From Eledone cirrhosa (Eukaryota), in contig OZ024740.1 of NCBI GenBank assembly GCA_964016885.1, forward strand, positions 109,368,001-109,432,000: a stretch of 64,000 nt of DNA, written 5' to 3'. The position numbers and the translations under genes were made by a program. A model generated the notes under the pieces. The model ran no database searches and was not told where the DNA came from. It saw only the letters and a program-made list of their open reading frames with translations. Below, piece by piece: positions 41,101 to 52,344 of this stretch (position 1 is the first letter of the stretch; every line of letters starts with the position of its first letter).

Positions 41101-43733
41101 TATCTTAGTCCAAGACACATATCTTAGTCCAAGACACATATCTTAGTCCAAGACACATATCTTAGTCCAAGACATGTCTTAGTCCAAGACACATGCCTTA
41201 GTCCAAGACACATATCTTAGTCCAAGACACATGCCTTAGTCCAAGACACATGCCTTAGTCCAAGACACATGCCTTAGTCCAAGACACATATCTTAGTCCA
41301 AGACACATGCCTTAGTCCAAGACACATGCCTTAGTTCAAGACACATATCTTAGTCCAAGACACATGCCTTAGTCCAAGACACATGCCTTAGTCCAAGACA
41401 CATGCCTTAGTCCAAGACACATGCCTTAGTCCAAGACACATATCTTAGTCCAAGACACATGCCTTAGTCCAAGACACATGCCTTAGTCCAAGACACATGC
41501 CTTAGTCCAAGACACATATCTTAGTCCAAGACATGTCTTAGTCCAAGACACATGCCTTAGTCCAAGACACATGCCTTAGTCCAAGACACATATCTTAGTC
41601 CAAGACACATGCCTTAGTCCAAGACACATATCTTAGTCCAAGATACATGCCTTAGTCCAAGACATGTCTTAGTCCAAGACACATGCCTTAGTCCAAGACA
41701 CATGCCTTAGTCCAAGACACATGCCTTAGTCCAAGACACATGCCTTAGTCCAAGACATGCCTTAGTCCAAGACACATATCTTAGTCCAAGACACATGCCT
41801 TAGTCCAAGACACATGCCTTAGTGCAAGACATATGCCTTAGTCCAAGACACATGCCTTAGTCCAAGACACATATCTTAGTCCAAGACACATATCTTAGTC
41901 CAAGACACATGCCTTAGTCCAAGACATATGCCTTAGTCCAAGACACATGCCTTAGTCCAAGACACATATCTTAGTCCAAGACATGTCTTAGTCCAAGACA
42001 CATATCTTAGTCCAAGACACATGTCTTAGTCCAAGACACATGCCTTAGTCCAAGACACATGCCTTAGTCCAAGACACATGCCTTAGTCCAAGACACATAT
42101 CTTAGTCCAAGACATGTCTTAGTCCAAGACACATGCCTTAGTCCAAGACACATATCTTAGTCCAAGACACATGCCTTAGTCCAAGACACATATCTTAGTC
42201 CAAGACACATGCCTTAGTCCAAGACACATATCTTAGTCCAAGACACATATCTTAGTCCAAGACACATATCTTAGTCCAAGACACATGCCTTAGTCCAAGA
42301 CACATGCCTTAGTCCAAGACACATGCCTTAGTCCAAGACACATGCCTTAGTCCAAGACACATGCCTTAGTCCAAGACACATGCCTTAGTCCAAGACACAT
42401 GCCTTAGTCCAAGACACATGCCTTAGTCCAAGACACATGCCTTAGTCCAAGACACATGCCTTAGTCCAAGACACATATCTTAGTCCAAGACACATATCTT
42501 AGTCCAAGACACATGCCTTAGTCCAAGACACATATCCTAGTCCAAGACACATGCCTTAGTCCAAGACACATGCCTTAGTCCAAGACACATATCTTAGTCC
42601 AAGACACATGCCTTAGTCCAAGACACATATCTTAGTCCAAGACACATGCCTTAGTCCAAGACACATATCTTAGTCCAAGACACATGCCTTAGTCCAAGAC
42701 ACATATCTTAGTCCAAGACACATGCCTTAGTCCAAGACACATATCTTAGTCCAAGACACATGCCTTAGTCCAAGACACATATCTTAGTCCAAGACACATG
42801 CCTTAGTCCAAGACACATATCTTAGTCCAAGACACATATCTTAGTCCAAGACACATGCCTTAGTCCAAGACACATACCTTAGTCCAAGACACATGCCTTA
42901 GTCCAAGACACATGCCTTAGTCCAAGACACATGCCTTAGTCCAAGACACATATCTTAGTCCAAGACACATATCTTAGTCCAAGACACATGCCTTAGTCCA
43001 AGACACATATCTTAGTCCAAGACACATGCCTTAGTCCAAGACATGTCTTAGTCCAAGACACATGCCTTAGTCCAAGACACATGCCTTAGTCCAAGACACA
43101 TGCCTTAGTCCAAGACATGCCTTAGTCCAAGACACATATCTTAGTCCAAGACACATGCCTTAGTCCAAGACACATGCCTTAGTCCAAGACACATGCCTTA
43201 GTCCAAGACACATATCTTAGTCCAAGACATGTCTTAGTCCAAGACACATATCTTAGTCCAAGACACATGCCTTAGTCCAAGACACATGCCTTAGTCCAAG
43301 ACACATGCCTTAGTCCAAGACACATGCCTTAGTCCAAGACACCTGCCTTAGTCCAAGACACATATCTTAGTCCAAGACATGTCTTAGTCCAAGACACATG
43401 CCTTAGTCCAAGACACATATCTTAGTCCAAGACACATGCCTTAGTCCAAGACACATATCTTAGTCCAAGACACATGCCTTAGTCCAAGACACATATCTTA
43501 GTCCAAGACACATGCCTTAGTCCAAGACACATATCTTAGTCCAAGACACATATCTTAGTCCAAGACACATATCTTAGTCCAAGACACATATCTTAGTCCA
43601 AGACACATATCTTAGTCCAAGACACATGCCTTAGTCCAAGACACATGCCTTAGTCCAAGACACATGCCTTAGTCCAAGACACATGCCTTAGTCGAAGACA
43701 CATGCCTTAGTCGAAGACATGTCTTAGTCCAAG
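38166..43733. repeat. 19-bp satellite CTTAGTCCAAGACACAT-[AT/GC/GT], about 290 units
   Basis: 17 nearly invariant bases plus a variable dinucleotide; recurrent 17-bp variant lacking AC. Confidence 0.98.
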
Positions 43734-44778
43734 CCGTAAGTGCAAATTGTATGTTATAGATATTGATTTTTATCCTATTTCAAAGGTTATAGGTTAGTGC
43801 AAGCCATCTTGTGCACCTGTTTACACATCTAGAACAGTACAAGTATTGATATGTGTGTGGGGGTGTGTGTGGGAGGTGTATTATCTGTTTACATATCTAG
43901 GACTACAGATATTGATGGTGGAGGGAGTGGATACTTGTATGTGTTCACACAGTACAGGTGTTGATGGAGACCTGTTCATACATCTAGAACAGCACAGGTG
44001 TTGATGTGGGCATCTGTATTACCTGTATCACTTTTATCGCTATCATCATCATAACCATCTGTCCACCAGCATCACATTGTCCACCTCATCATCATCATTA
44101 CCATCACTATCATTATCGTCATGACCATCATTATCATTTTCACCATCATTATCACTATCACTATCATTGTCATTATCACCATCATCACCAACACTGTTTC
44201 TCTTGGCCTGCACAGGTTACACAGGCTAGATCTGTTACCATAGCAACTGTAGTCATGTGACAAGATGTTTGCCACAGTGTGTGGAACAGAAGCCAGTTTC
44301 ATTGTTTATTAACCTTTGTAATGTTTGAAGATGAGGGGGGGGGGGTAGGGACAGGGAGTGAGAAGAGGAGAGAAGGGATAGACAATATGGGACAGATACA
44401 TTAAAGGAGACACACACACCACACACGACACACACACCACACACCACACCACACCACACACACACACACACACAGAGTAAAGGAGAAGTGATAAAAATGA
44501 AGAGGGAGAGAGATGGTGAGAGAAAGGACATATAGACAATAAGGGACAGAAATGTATTAAAGATAGTGATAGAGTAAAAGTGAGTGAGAGGGAAAGAGTG
44601 ATACAGAGCTTGGTCAGATTTAAGTAATTTCCTACCTTTCAGTAGTTTAAAGATATCTGCAGTCACCAGGTCTGTGGAACGGATTTCTGTCTGTTTCAGT
44701 GATAAGTGTTCTAGTTGTTTGATCAATGGATCAGCTTGCTCATGAAAGTGGTTGAGTATTCCACAGAAACGTGTAACC

Positions 44779-44910
44779 TTAACCCTTTAGCATTTAAACT
44801 GGTTATATCTTGTCAAAATTCTCTCACCTCTCTCTGTTCAAATCGGCTGTAACTGGCCAATCATACTGTTGTTAAGGTATTGTTCTTAAAATAAATATCA
44901 AAATCTCATG
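44779..44910 (-). mobile_element. Partial piggyBac-like MITE, family 1
   Basis: TTAA-ccctttagcatttaaactgg...; colinear with 5302-5430. Confidence 0.7.
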
Positions 44911-44919
44911 ATTACTGAA

Positions 44920-45025
44920 TGCAAACGCTGGCGCATTACTGCACCAGCTTTTACAATTCTTGCACTTAATTCAGCCTCTTGCCTTCCATTACTCGTGATT
45001 GCGGCCCTGAGATACTTGAACTCTG
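44920..45025 (-). mobile_element. Small Rex3-like RT fragment
   Basis: Minus strand EFKYLRAAITSNGRQEAELSARIVKAGAVMRQ; homologous to 31172-31270. Confidence 0.65.
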
Positions 45026-45297
45026 CTTTGGTGGAAATCAAGTACTAATTTAGAAAATAAAATTAATCATTAACTTAAAATTATATTAAAATAGCTAAAA
45101 TAACAACAAATTTATAACAACAAATTTATCATCTATATACTTGCAATAAATGTTATCAATAAAAGTAATACTGTAATATTTTGTAGCTGTGGTGGAATGA
45201 AATTTTACAAAAATCATAACAGTACTTAAAAACACCCAGTAGACAGCTGATAAATGGGGATTCTCCCTATGACTAGCTTCTCCAAGTTTTAGATGCT

Positions 45298-45522
45298 TTA
45301 ACCCTTTAGCATTTACATTACTTTATATTTATTATTGTATTTTCATGGTAAAGGCTTTACCTCACATAATTATCTCACATAATATCAAATCTATGATATT
45401 TTGATGTTATTTATTTTGAGATAACTTAATATTGGTATGACTTGTCAGTCATGGCCGGTTTGAACAGAAAGAGGTGGGAGAATTTTGGCCGGATACAGCT
45501 GTTTTAAATGCTATAGGGTTAA
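45298..45522 (+). mobile_element. piggyBac-like MITE, family 1 (complete)
   Basis: TTAA-CCCTTTAGCATTTA ... TAAATGCTATAGGG-TTAA. Confidence 0.85.
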
Positions 45523-45814
45523 AAGACAGTAGTGTAAAAACACCCAGTAGACCCCTGATAAGCAAACATTCTCTATGTGGCCAGCTTTTCCAAAAATTTT
45601 TTATGTCCCTTATTTGTCTCACCTTAATTTTGGACTTATATTATCATCATAACTGACGGTCTATTTTGGAAACGTAAACTGTTTATACATCATCATCATT
45701 ATCATTTTTCCATGATTGTATAGGTTAGATTAGTCTTCTCCAGTAAGCATCTCTTTAACTATTTCTTTTATTTGTCATCTCCTTCATAATATATGTGTAT
45801 ATATTATATATATA

Positions 45815-46184
45815 TACGAGGGCAATCCCAAAAGTAAGGTCTCCTTCCAATATTGCAACTTCTGATAAAATCCTGTGGATGGTGCTTCGGGAAACCTCAG
45901 GAACCAAAGTGCAGAGAGCATCCAGAGTGATCCGCCAATCTTTACGCATGTTTTCCTCAGAAGGGGACCTTACTTTTGGGATTGCCCTCGCATATAATAA
46001 CTGCGCGAAATTCGCACTTGGCCGGTAGCGTTCAACAGGAGCTCCATTCTCAACGGCTGCCAAGCCAAGATTGAGCATCCCAGTGAAGCGCGAGCATGCG
46101 TGTTTGGGAGTGTTGCCAACAGCCGTACGAACAGTTTCTCTGCGTCCCCATCGCTTTGGAGACCTTACTTTTGGGATTACCCTC

Positions 46185-46187
<3 letters not shown>
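45815..46187 (-). mobile_element. Rearranged mariner derivative with three TIRs
   Basis: 28-bp TIR cgagggcaatcccaaaagtaaggtctcc at 45817-45844, inverted copies at 45963-45990 and 46158-46185; transposase scraps RITLDALCTLVPEVSRSTIHRILSE and an N-terminus-like ME...KCE..RAVI. Confidence 0.8.
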
Positions 46188-46219
<32 letters not shown>

Positions 46220-46221
<2 letters not shown>

Positions 46222-46327
46222 TGAAAAAAAGGAAAAGAATGACTTCACTTGTAGTGTTAACAAATTTAACACATTCTTTTCCTTTTTTTCAAATATACCT
46301 AACTGTACCAAGGATCTCACACATTTT

Positions 46328-46330
<3 letters not shown>
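46220..46330 (+). mobile_element. Mini insertion with inverted arm plus tail in (TA)n (Penelope-like geometry)
   Basis: 22-bp arms 46220-46241 / 46272-46293, unpaired extension to 46330, (TA)n on both sides. Confidence 0.45.
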
Positions 46331-46370
<40 letters not shown>

Positions 46371-46374
<4 letters not shown>

Positions 46375-46577
46375 AAGTGGTTATGTTGGTGCCATGATAA
46401 AAAGCACCCAGACAACAGTATAAAGTGGTTAGTGTTAGGAAGGACATCCAGCTGCAGAAACTAAGCCAGAAACAGTTCTGTGTGATCAAGACACGGTCAA
46501 CTGATTTGACTTCTCTTGCAATGGGACAACTTGTCCAACCCATGTTAGCATAGAAAAATGGGTGTTAAACAATGATA
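46371..46577 (+). mobile_element. Diverged RTE-type 3' end with one pseudoknot module
   Basis: gttatg-ttggtgc-catgat-aaaaa-gcacc...gtgttaggaaggacatccagc...ccaacccatgttagcat...aaacaatgat. Confidence 0.75.
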
Positions 46578-46633
46578 TAAATATATAAATATGTGTGTGT
46601 ATGTATGTGTGTGTGTAGTTTGGTTTAATTAAT

Positions 46634-46828
46634 CTATCTATATATTACTAAAAGTCTGTGATTGCTTGCTTGCTTGTCTAATGTAATACAGCCAAAAGGG
46701 AACATAGTGGGAAAATACTTTGAAAGGAAGTTGACCCTGAAATGGGAATACGAATGGAATAAAACAAGTTTCGCATAAATCGGTACACGGGTTCCCGAGA
46801 TATGGGCTTTTGCCGGGTACCTTCATAA
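46634..46828 (+). mobile_element. Possible non-autonomous Helitron-like element
   Basis: Starts a|tctatctatatattactaaaag + (GCTT)n; ends with GC-rich hairpin gggcttttgccgggta; terminal CTAG absent. Confidence 0.35.
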
Positions 46829-47049
46829 ACAGAGAGAGAGAAAGCTGGAGAGAAGGAGATAGTGGCTGTGAGAGAGTAGATTGAAAGAGAGGGAGAGGAG
46901 AAGTAGAATGGAAGAGAGAGAGAGCTCGTGGTGGTGTTGTGTGTATACATATATATATGTGTGTGTGTGAGTATATATATTGATGGTGTTGTGTGTGTGA
47001 GTATATATATTGATGGTGTTGTGTGTGTGAGTATATATATTGGTGGTGT

Positions 47050-47088
<39 letters not shown>

Positions 47089-47346
47089 TATATGTGTGTG
47101 TGTGTGAGTATATAAATTGGTGTTGTGTATATATATATATGTGTGTGTGAGTATATATATTGATGTTGTGTATATATATATGTGTGTGTGTGTGTGAGTA
47201 TATATATTGGTGGTGTATATATATATATATATATATGTGTCTATGACCAGTGTATATAGATCAGACATCCACATATATACACGCACACACACACATGTAT
47301 ATACACACAAATTTATATATATATATATATGTATATACACACACAA

Positions 47347-47388
<42 letters not shown>

Positions 47389-47396
<8 letters not shown>

Positions 47397-47606
47397 ATAC
47401 TTTGGGAGGGTCATGTTGCCAACAAGAAATACACGCACCAGTTGCTTTCACCTCAATTTATTATAATAAATTTATTATAATAAATTGAGGTGAAAGCAAC
47501 TGGTGCGTGTGTTTCTTGTTGGCAACATGACCCTCCCAAAGTATAACAATATCGGTTTCAACACACGATTTCAGATAAAGAATCTTGCTAAACAAATTCA
47601 GAAACG

Positions 47607-47610
<4 letters not shown>
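47389..47610 (+). mobile_element. Spacerless ~160-bp palindrome plus unpaired tail, inserted in (TA)n
   Basis: 47391-47470 is the reverse complement of 47471-47550 with one mismatch; tail 47553-47609. Confidence 0.7.
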
Positions 47611-47659
<49 letters not shown>

Positions 47660-48247
47660 CACACATGTATATATATGGGCCTTCGTTTCATTTCACATTA
47701 TATACATGTCGGTGTATATTTCAATTATTTAAAAATTATTTTGAAGTGAACATGACCCAATGGGTCATGGGTGGTCTAGTTATAAATAATCCTGTAAACC
47801 ACATTCAGCACTTAGTGTGAGAGTTAAGTTTTCAAGATGAAGAAGTGCTCACATGAGGAGAAATTCACTTGTATTCCTTTAATACTGTACATTCAGGAGA
47901 CCACAACTAGCAGATAAATGGTAGGATTGCAGAATATAATGAAATCAGAAGAATGGATTGTTTCAAATGTTGGAAGGATTGTGAAACTAATTACATTGGA
48001 ATATATATATATATAATAATCATCATCATTTAATGTCCATCTTCCACGCTTGTATGGTTATTGTAGGTACTGATTCTGTCATTACTACAACAGGGGTCTG
48101 ACGAGCTTTTGATTCCAGAGTTGGGCCAGATTGATACAGGATTGAACCTTGAGCTGATCAATAGCAAAATGTGTGTCACCAATCAACAAGTGTAATGAAG
48201 GCTTAACAAATTGTCCTTGTATTATTATATATATATATATATATATA

Positions 48248-48402
48248 CAGTGAAATTCCATTATAACAAAATTGATGGGGTATAAAAAAAAAATTTGTTG
48301 TAACGTGATCAACCTAACACATCGAGCATGTGCTGTGGATTAAAAAAATGTTGTTATACTGAAAATTTCTTTATAATGGTATTTGTTATAATGGAATTTT
48401 AC

Positions 48403-48405
<3 letters not shown>
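48248..48405. mobile_element. Tc1/pogo-like MITE
   Basis: TA|CAGTGAAATTCCATTATAACAAA ... TTTGTTATAATGGAATTTTACCTG. Confidence 0.7.
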
Positions 48406-48435
<30 letters not shown>

Positions 48436-48436
<1 letters not shown>

Positions 48437-48546
48437 CATCATCATCTTCATTTAACGTCCATCTTCCACGCTAGCATGGGTTAGACGGGAGTTGTTCCAC
48501 TTGAGGCAAGGTTGGTCGCGTGACCGTATCTCGCTCATATAGGACT
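48436..48546 (-). mobile_element. RTE 3' tail fragment
   Basis: (CAT)n..tttaacgtccatcttccacgctagcatgggtt...; (TA)n on both sides. Confidence 0.85.
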
Positions 48547-48559
48547 ATATATATATATA

Positions 48560-48780
48560 ATGTAAAAGGTAACACAATCGGTAGGGTATATGGAAGGAAT
48601 ATATTTGGATAATGCTTGAAATAACAGGAAGAGGGTATTAACGTTTCAGGCACTGGTCCTTCATCAGAAGAAAGAATGAGAAATTAAAAAGATTGAAGGG
48701 ACGGGCATGGTATAATCGGAAAAAATGTTTTTAGAGAAAAATAACAGGTCCGTTCATGTTGGCATCTCTTGGAAAATTCA
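48560..48780 (-). mobile_element. Penelope-like pLTR fragment with minimal hammerhead core (48639-48667)
   Basis: Reverse complement CTGATGA-AGG-accagtg-CCT-GAAA-CGTTA; (TA)n on both sides. Confidence 0.6.
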
Positions 48781-48794
48781 TATATATATATATA

Positions 48795-48992
48795 ATCATC
48801 ATCATCATTTTACGTCTGCTTTTCCCTGCTTGCAAGGGTGGGACGGGTCCTATTCAGCACAGCCTCTCTGCACTTGTCACGGTACTTCATCATCACCTCT
48901 GTGAGCTTCAGTGATCTGAGGTCTGCTCTCACCACGTCCGCCCACGTTTTTCGTGGTTTTCCTTTACTGCGTCTTCCTTCTACTTGGATTTC
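48795..48992 (-). mobile_element. 3' end of short-UTR RTE subfamily
   Basis: Minus strand VEGRRSKGKPRKTWADVVRADLRSLKLTEVMMKYRDKCREAVLNRTRPT, then (GAT)n. Confidence 0.85.
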
Positions 48993-49339
48993 TTATAATA
49001 TGTGTGTATGTATATATATAGAGCCACCATGTATATATATTATATGTATGTATATATATCAAAGGGCAAAGGAGCTCTTAAGAGTCAATGGTCATCCAAA
49101 ATCACCGGGAGAGATGACCCCTTAGCCTTTGTCAAGGCAGAATTCTAGGAGAAGGATGGTATCCAATGATGTTGACTTGTTCTTCTTTTTGGTAAATATC
49201 ATCTTGGTTGAGTGGGACTGGCTTTGTGCAGTGCCTTTGCTCACTATAAAAGCTTCACGGCACAGGCATTGCTTTATATCTGGAGATCTCTTTGCACTTG
49301 TCGTCACATGGTATCATGGGCCCTGCACTATGTGTCAAT

Positions 49340-49492
49340 AATTGTCACAAGTGTAGTGTTTGTACCAGAGTTTTCAAGTCGCTGGCTGGACTAAAAAGTC
49401 ACTTGTTCAGCGCATCGGTAGGGGTTCTCCTACATGGATATAAAGTAGTGGCCGTACTCGAAAACGAGTTGGCAGCCACCATGTATGTATGT
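49340..49492 (+). mobile_element. 3' end of a LINE with C-terminal C2H2-like finger and (ATGT)n tail (BovB-like RTE)
   Basis: HKCSVCTRVFKSLAGLKSHL (second His not seen), hairpin actcgaaaacgagt, gccacc(atgt)n. Confidence 0.6.
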
Positions 49493-49614
49493 ATATATAT
49501 ATTATAAAGAGTTGGGGTCCCAACTGTTTATAATATAATTATACACTACTACCTCAAGTATCAAGTACTCTGTTGAGTAATTGTCTAACCAGTTTCAAAC
49601 TGAATCCATCCTGA

Positions 49615-49658
49615 TTTATATATATATATATATTTATATATATATTTATATATATATT

Positions 49659-49746
<88 letters not shown>

Positions 49747-49748
49747 AT

Positions 49749-49780
<32 letters not shown>

Positions 49781-49850
49781 ATTATATATATATATATATA
49801 TTATATATATATATTATATATATATATATATATTATATATATATATATAA
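49615..49850. repeat. Imperfect (TA)n
   Basis: ~235 bp of TA with TT interruptions. Confidence 0.97.
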
Positions 49851-50337
49851 CATTTAATTATACATCATCATCATTTATGTCATTATCATAAATACTACCA
49901 CTGCTACATCATTGCCATGACAATGACCTAGAAATCCTCACACCATCCAGTTAGTCATCTGACTCATTGTCTCATGAACTGACTAAGTTATATATTTTCC
50001 TATAGATTCTGTCCTTTTATTGATATTTTAACCTGCTGCTCCTCCTCCTACCCTCTTCTCTTTGCTACCACTGCCACCACCACCACCACCACCATGTTCC
50101 ATGATAAATGTTGTTGTTAAACCAAACTACAGCTGATCTACTGTCATGCAGCAGTTGTTGTTTGTTGCTGCTGTTGTGAGTGGAAAAGAGTTTGTTGAAT
50201 ATCAATGTTTTTCTTTTTGTTTCACTGGGACTATAGAACATTTGCATAACAATCTGATTTCTTCTGTATATTAAGTGACTTTTAATTAAAAAAACAATAT
50301 ACACGCACGCACGCACGCGTGCACACACACCACACAT

Positions 50338-51030
50338 ACGACAAAGCATAAATGAACTGAGAGAGAAACTGGACATAAGAGAGATCAGATGTTAGGTGTA
50401 GGAGAGGAGACTGTGTTGGTATGGACATGTGTTGCATATGCCTGATGATGGCTATATAAAAAGATGCAGGGTTCTCAAAGCTGATGAAAGCTATGGAGTA
50501 GGAAGACTTGGGATGAGGTGACAAAAGCTGACCTTGCACAATTACATCTCTCAAAGGTGATGACACAGGGTCGAGATCTCTGGCGTTATGCAGTAATACA
50601 AAATAGCTACCTTCCCATGTGCACAAGTTGAAGCCTACAGCTAGTATGCACTATTCTCCCTTACCTTCCCTTTCCATACAATTCCAATGTCCTCACACTC
50701 CTCACCTGATAAGTGCCCTGCTTTAGATTTACCTCTCCAATCCCCATGCACCACCCCACACCAGTTCACACTGTAAAGTGGTTGCTTCTGGTAACACAAA
50801 AAAAAGCACCCAGTCCACACTGTAAAGTAGTTATGTAGGTGTCATGACAAAAAGCACCCAATCCACATGGTAAAGTGGGCATTTTGATGCCATTATAAAA
50901 AGCACTCACAACATACTGTAAATGTGATTGGCTTGGTTTCAATGGCTGGATGCCAAAGACAGTCCAGTTTGAACAAGAAATGGTCATCTGATCTGGCTCG
51001 ACTCTCATCTGTTAAACAATGATGATGATG
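50338..51030 (+). mobile_element. Old 5'-truncated RTE LINE with multi-module 3' UTR
   Basis: RQSINELREKLDIREIRC...ERRLCWYGHVLHM; repeated modules at 50765-50930; ends gttaaacaatgatgatgatg. Confidence 0.85.
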
Positions 51031-51351
51031 GATATAATACACACTTATATATATTATTAGTACAGATTAAAAGTTTAAGTAATAAATTTCTGATTTCACC
51101 TTAAGCAGGATCATCTGAAATTGAGAAGAAATTTATCTGTAGATGCAGAAGTAAATATTTCAAAACAAGTTACAACCAAATACTACCTTTAGAAAACTAA
51201 GATATAATGGTAGTGCGTGAAGACATTCTCTTGAGTTGAGCGAAATGTATGCAAGGATAATTAGACCATTATGTGGACGAGAGAAACAAATTCTTGGAAA
51301 AATTCATATTCTTGCTATGAAAAAAAATCAGGAAACTTTATACTCAATTTT

Positions 51352-51462
51352 TATCTATCTCTCTCTTTCTTTCTCCCTTGCTCTCTCTCTTTCTTTCTCG
51401 CTCATTCTCTCTCTCTCTCTTTCTTTCTCGCTCGTTCTCTCTCTCTCTTTCTTTCTCGCTCG

Positions 51463-51496
<34 letters not shown>

Positions 51497-51692
51497 TTCT
51501 TTCTCCCTCTCTCTCTCTTTCTTTCTCCCTCTCTCCCTTTCTTTCTCCCTCACACTCACTCCCTCACTATCTCACTCCCTCACTATCTCACTATCTCACT
51601 ATCTCACTATCTCACTCCCTCACTATCTCACTCCCTCACTATCTCACTATCTCACCCCCCCCCTACCCCCCTCGCTCTCTCTCTCTCTCTCT
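51352..51692. repeat. (CT)n-rich tract with (CTCACTAT)n
   Basis: Direct inspection. Confidence 0.92.
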
Positions 51693-51704
51693 GAAAGGAG
51701 TACA

Positions 51705-51893
51705 TTTTACTGAACAGGGATTCGATTGTAATTCCTGGCTTTTCTACCACTAAGATATTTAATAGGTTTTTCTTGGGCTAGCTCATGAATTGGCTTTCCC
51801 TATCTTTTGCCTAGTCCTATCTATGCTATTCCATGACTTGCTCCTGTACAGCGGGCAAATCCCTTTCATGTCCATCTCTATGATGGTTTTGTA
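51705..51893 (-). mobile_element. Possible Penelope-like RT C-terminal fragment
   Basis: Minus strand EMDMKGICPLYRSKSWNSIDRTRQKIGK resembles a G..PLYR...W...R...K..K pattern I recall from some Penelope-like RTs; abuts (TA)n. Confidence 0.35.
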
Positions 51894-52110
51894 ATATATA
51901 TATATATATAATTATAATTGACTATAAAAAAGAGATATATACATATGTGTTCAAATCGTAAGGGACCAGATTCGCTAAGGTGAAAAAAAATACTATGGAC
52001 AATTATATATAATATACGGCTTGGAAAAATCTTTTTTTCTAGAGCTATTTTATTGTAAGAGACTATTTTGAGTTTCTAACTTGATATATATATATATATA
52101 TGTATATATA

Positions 52111-52320
52111 TCATCATCATTTTAGGTCTGCTTTTCCCTGCTTGCAAGGGTGGGACGGGAACTAATTCTGGCTTGATTTCTACAGCTGGATGCCCTTCCT
52201 AACACCAACCTCATTTACAGTGAGTGCTGGGTGTTTTTTTTCCGTGGCGCCTACACTTCCACTTTACAGTGTGGGCTGGATGCTTTTTCGGCGTGGCACC
52301 TCCACGACCATTTTGCAGTG
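52111..52320 (-). mobile_element. Chimeric RTE 3' end
   Basis: 52111-52159 matches the short-UTR tail (48795-48848); 52160-52310 matches long-UTR modules (24550-24697). Confidence 0.75.
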
Positions 52321-52344
52321 GAATGATAGGGACCCCAGTCCTAT

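Noticed and set aside
38166-43733. CRISPR-like regular array
   Set aside because: Only a 2-bp variable position, no unique spacers, no cas genes, eukaryotic context
49352-49402. Host C2H2 zinc-finger gene exon
   Set aside because: A single incomplete finger followed directly by a LINE-type hairpin and (ATGT)n tail
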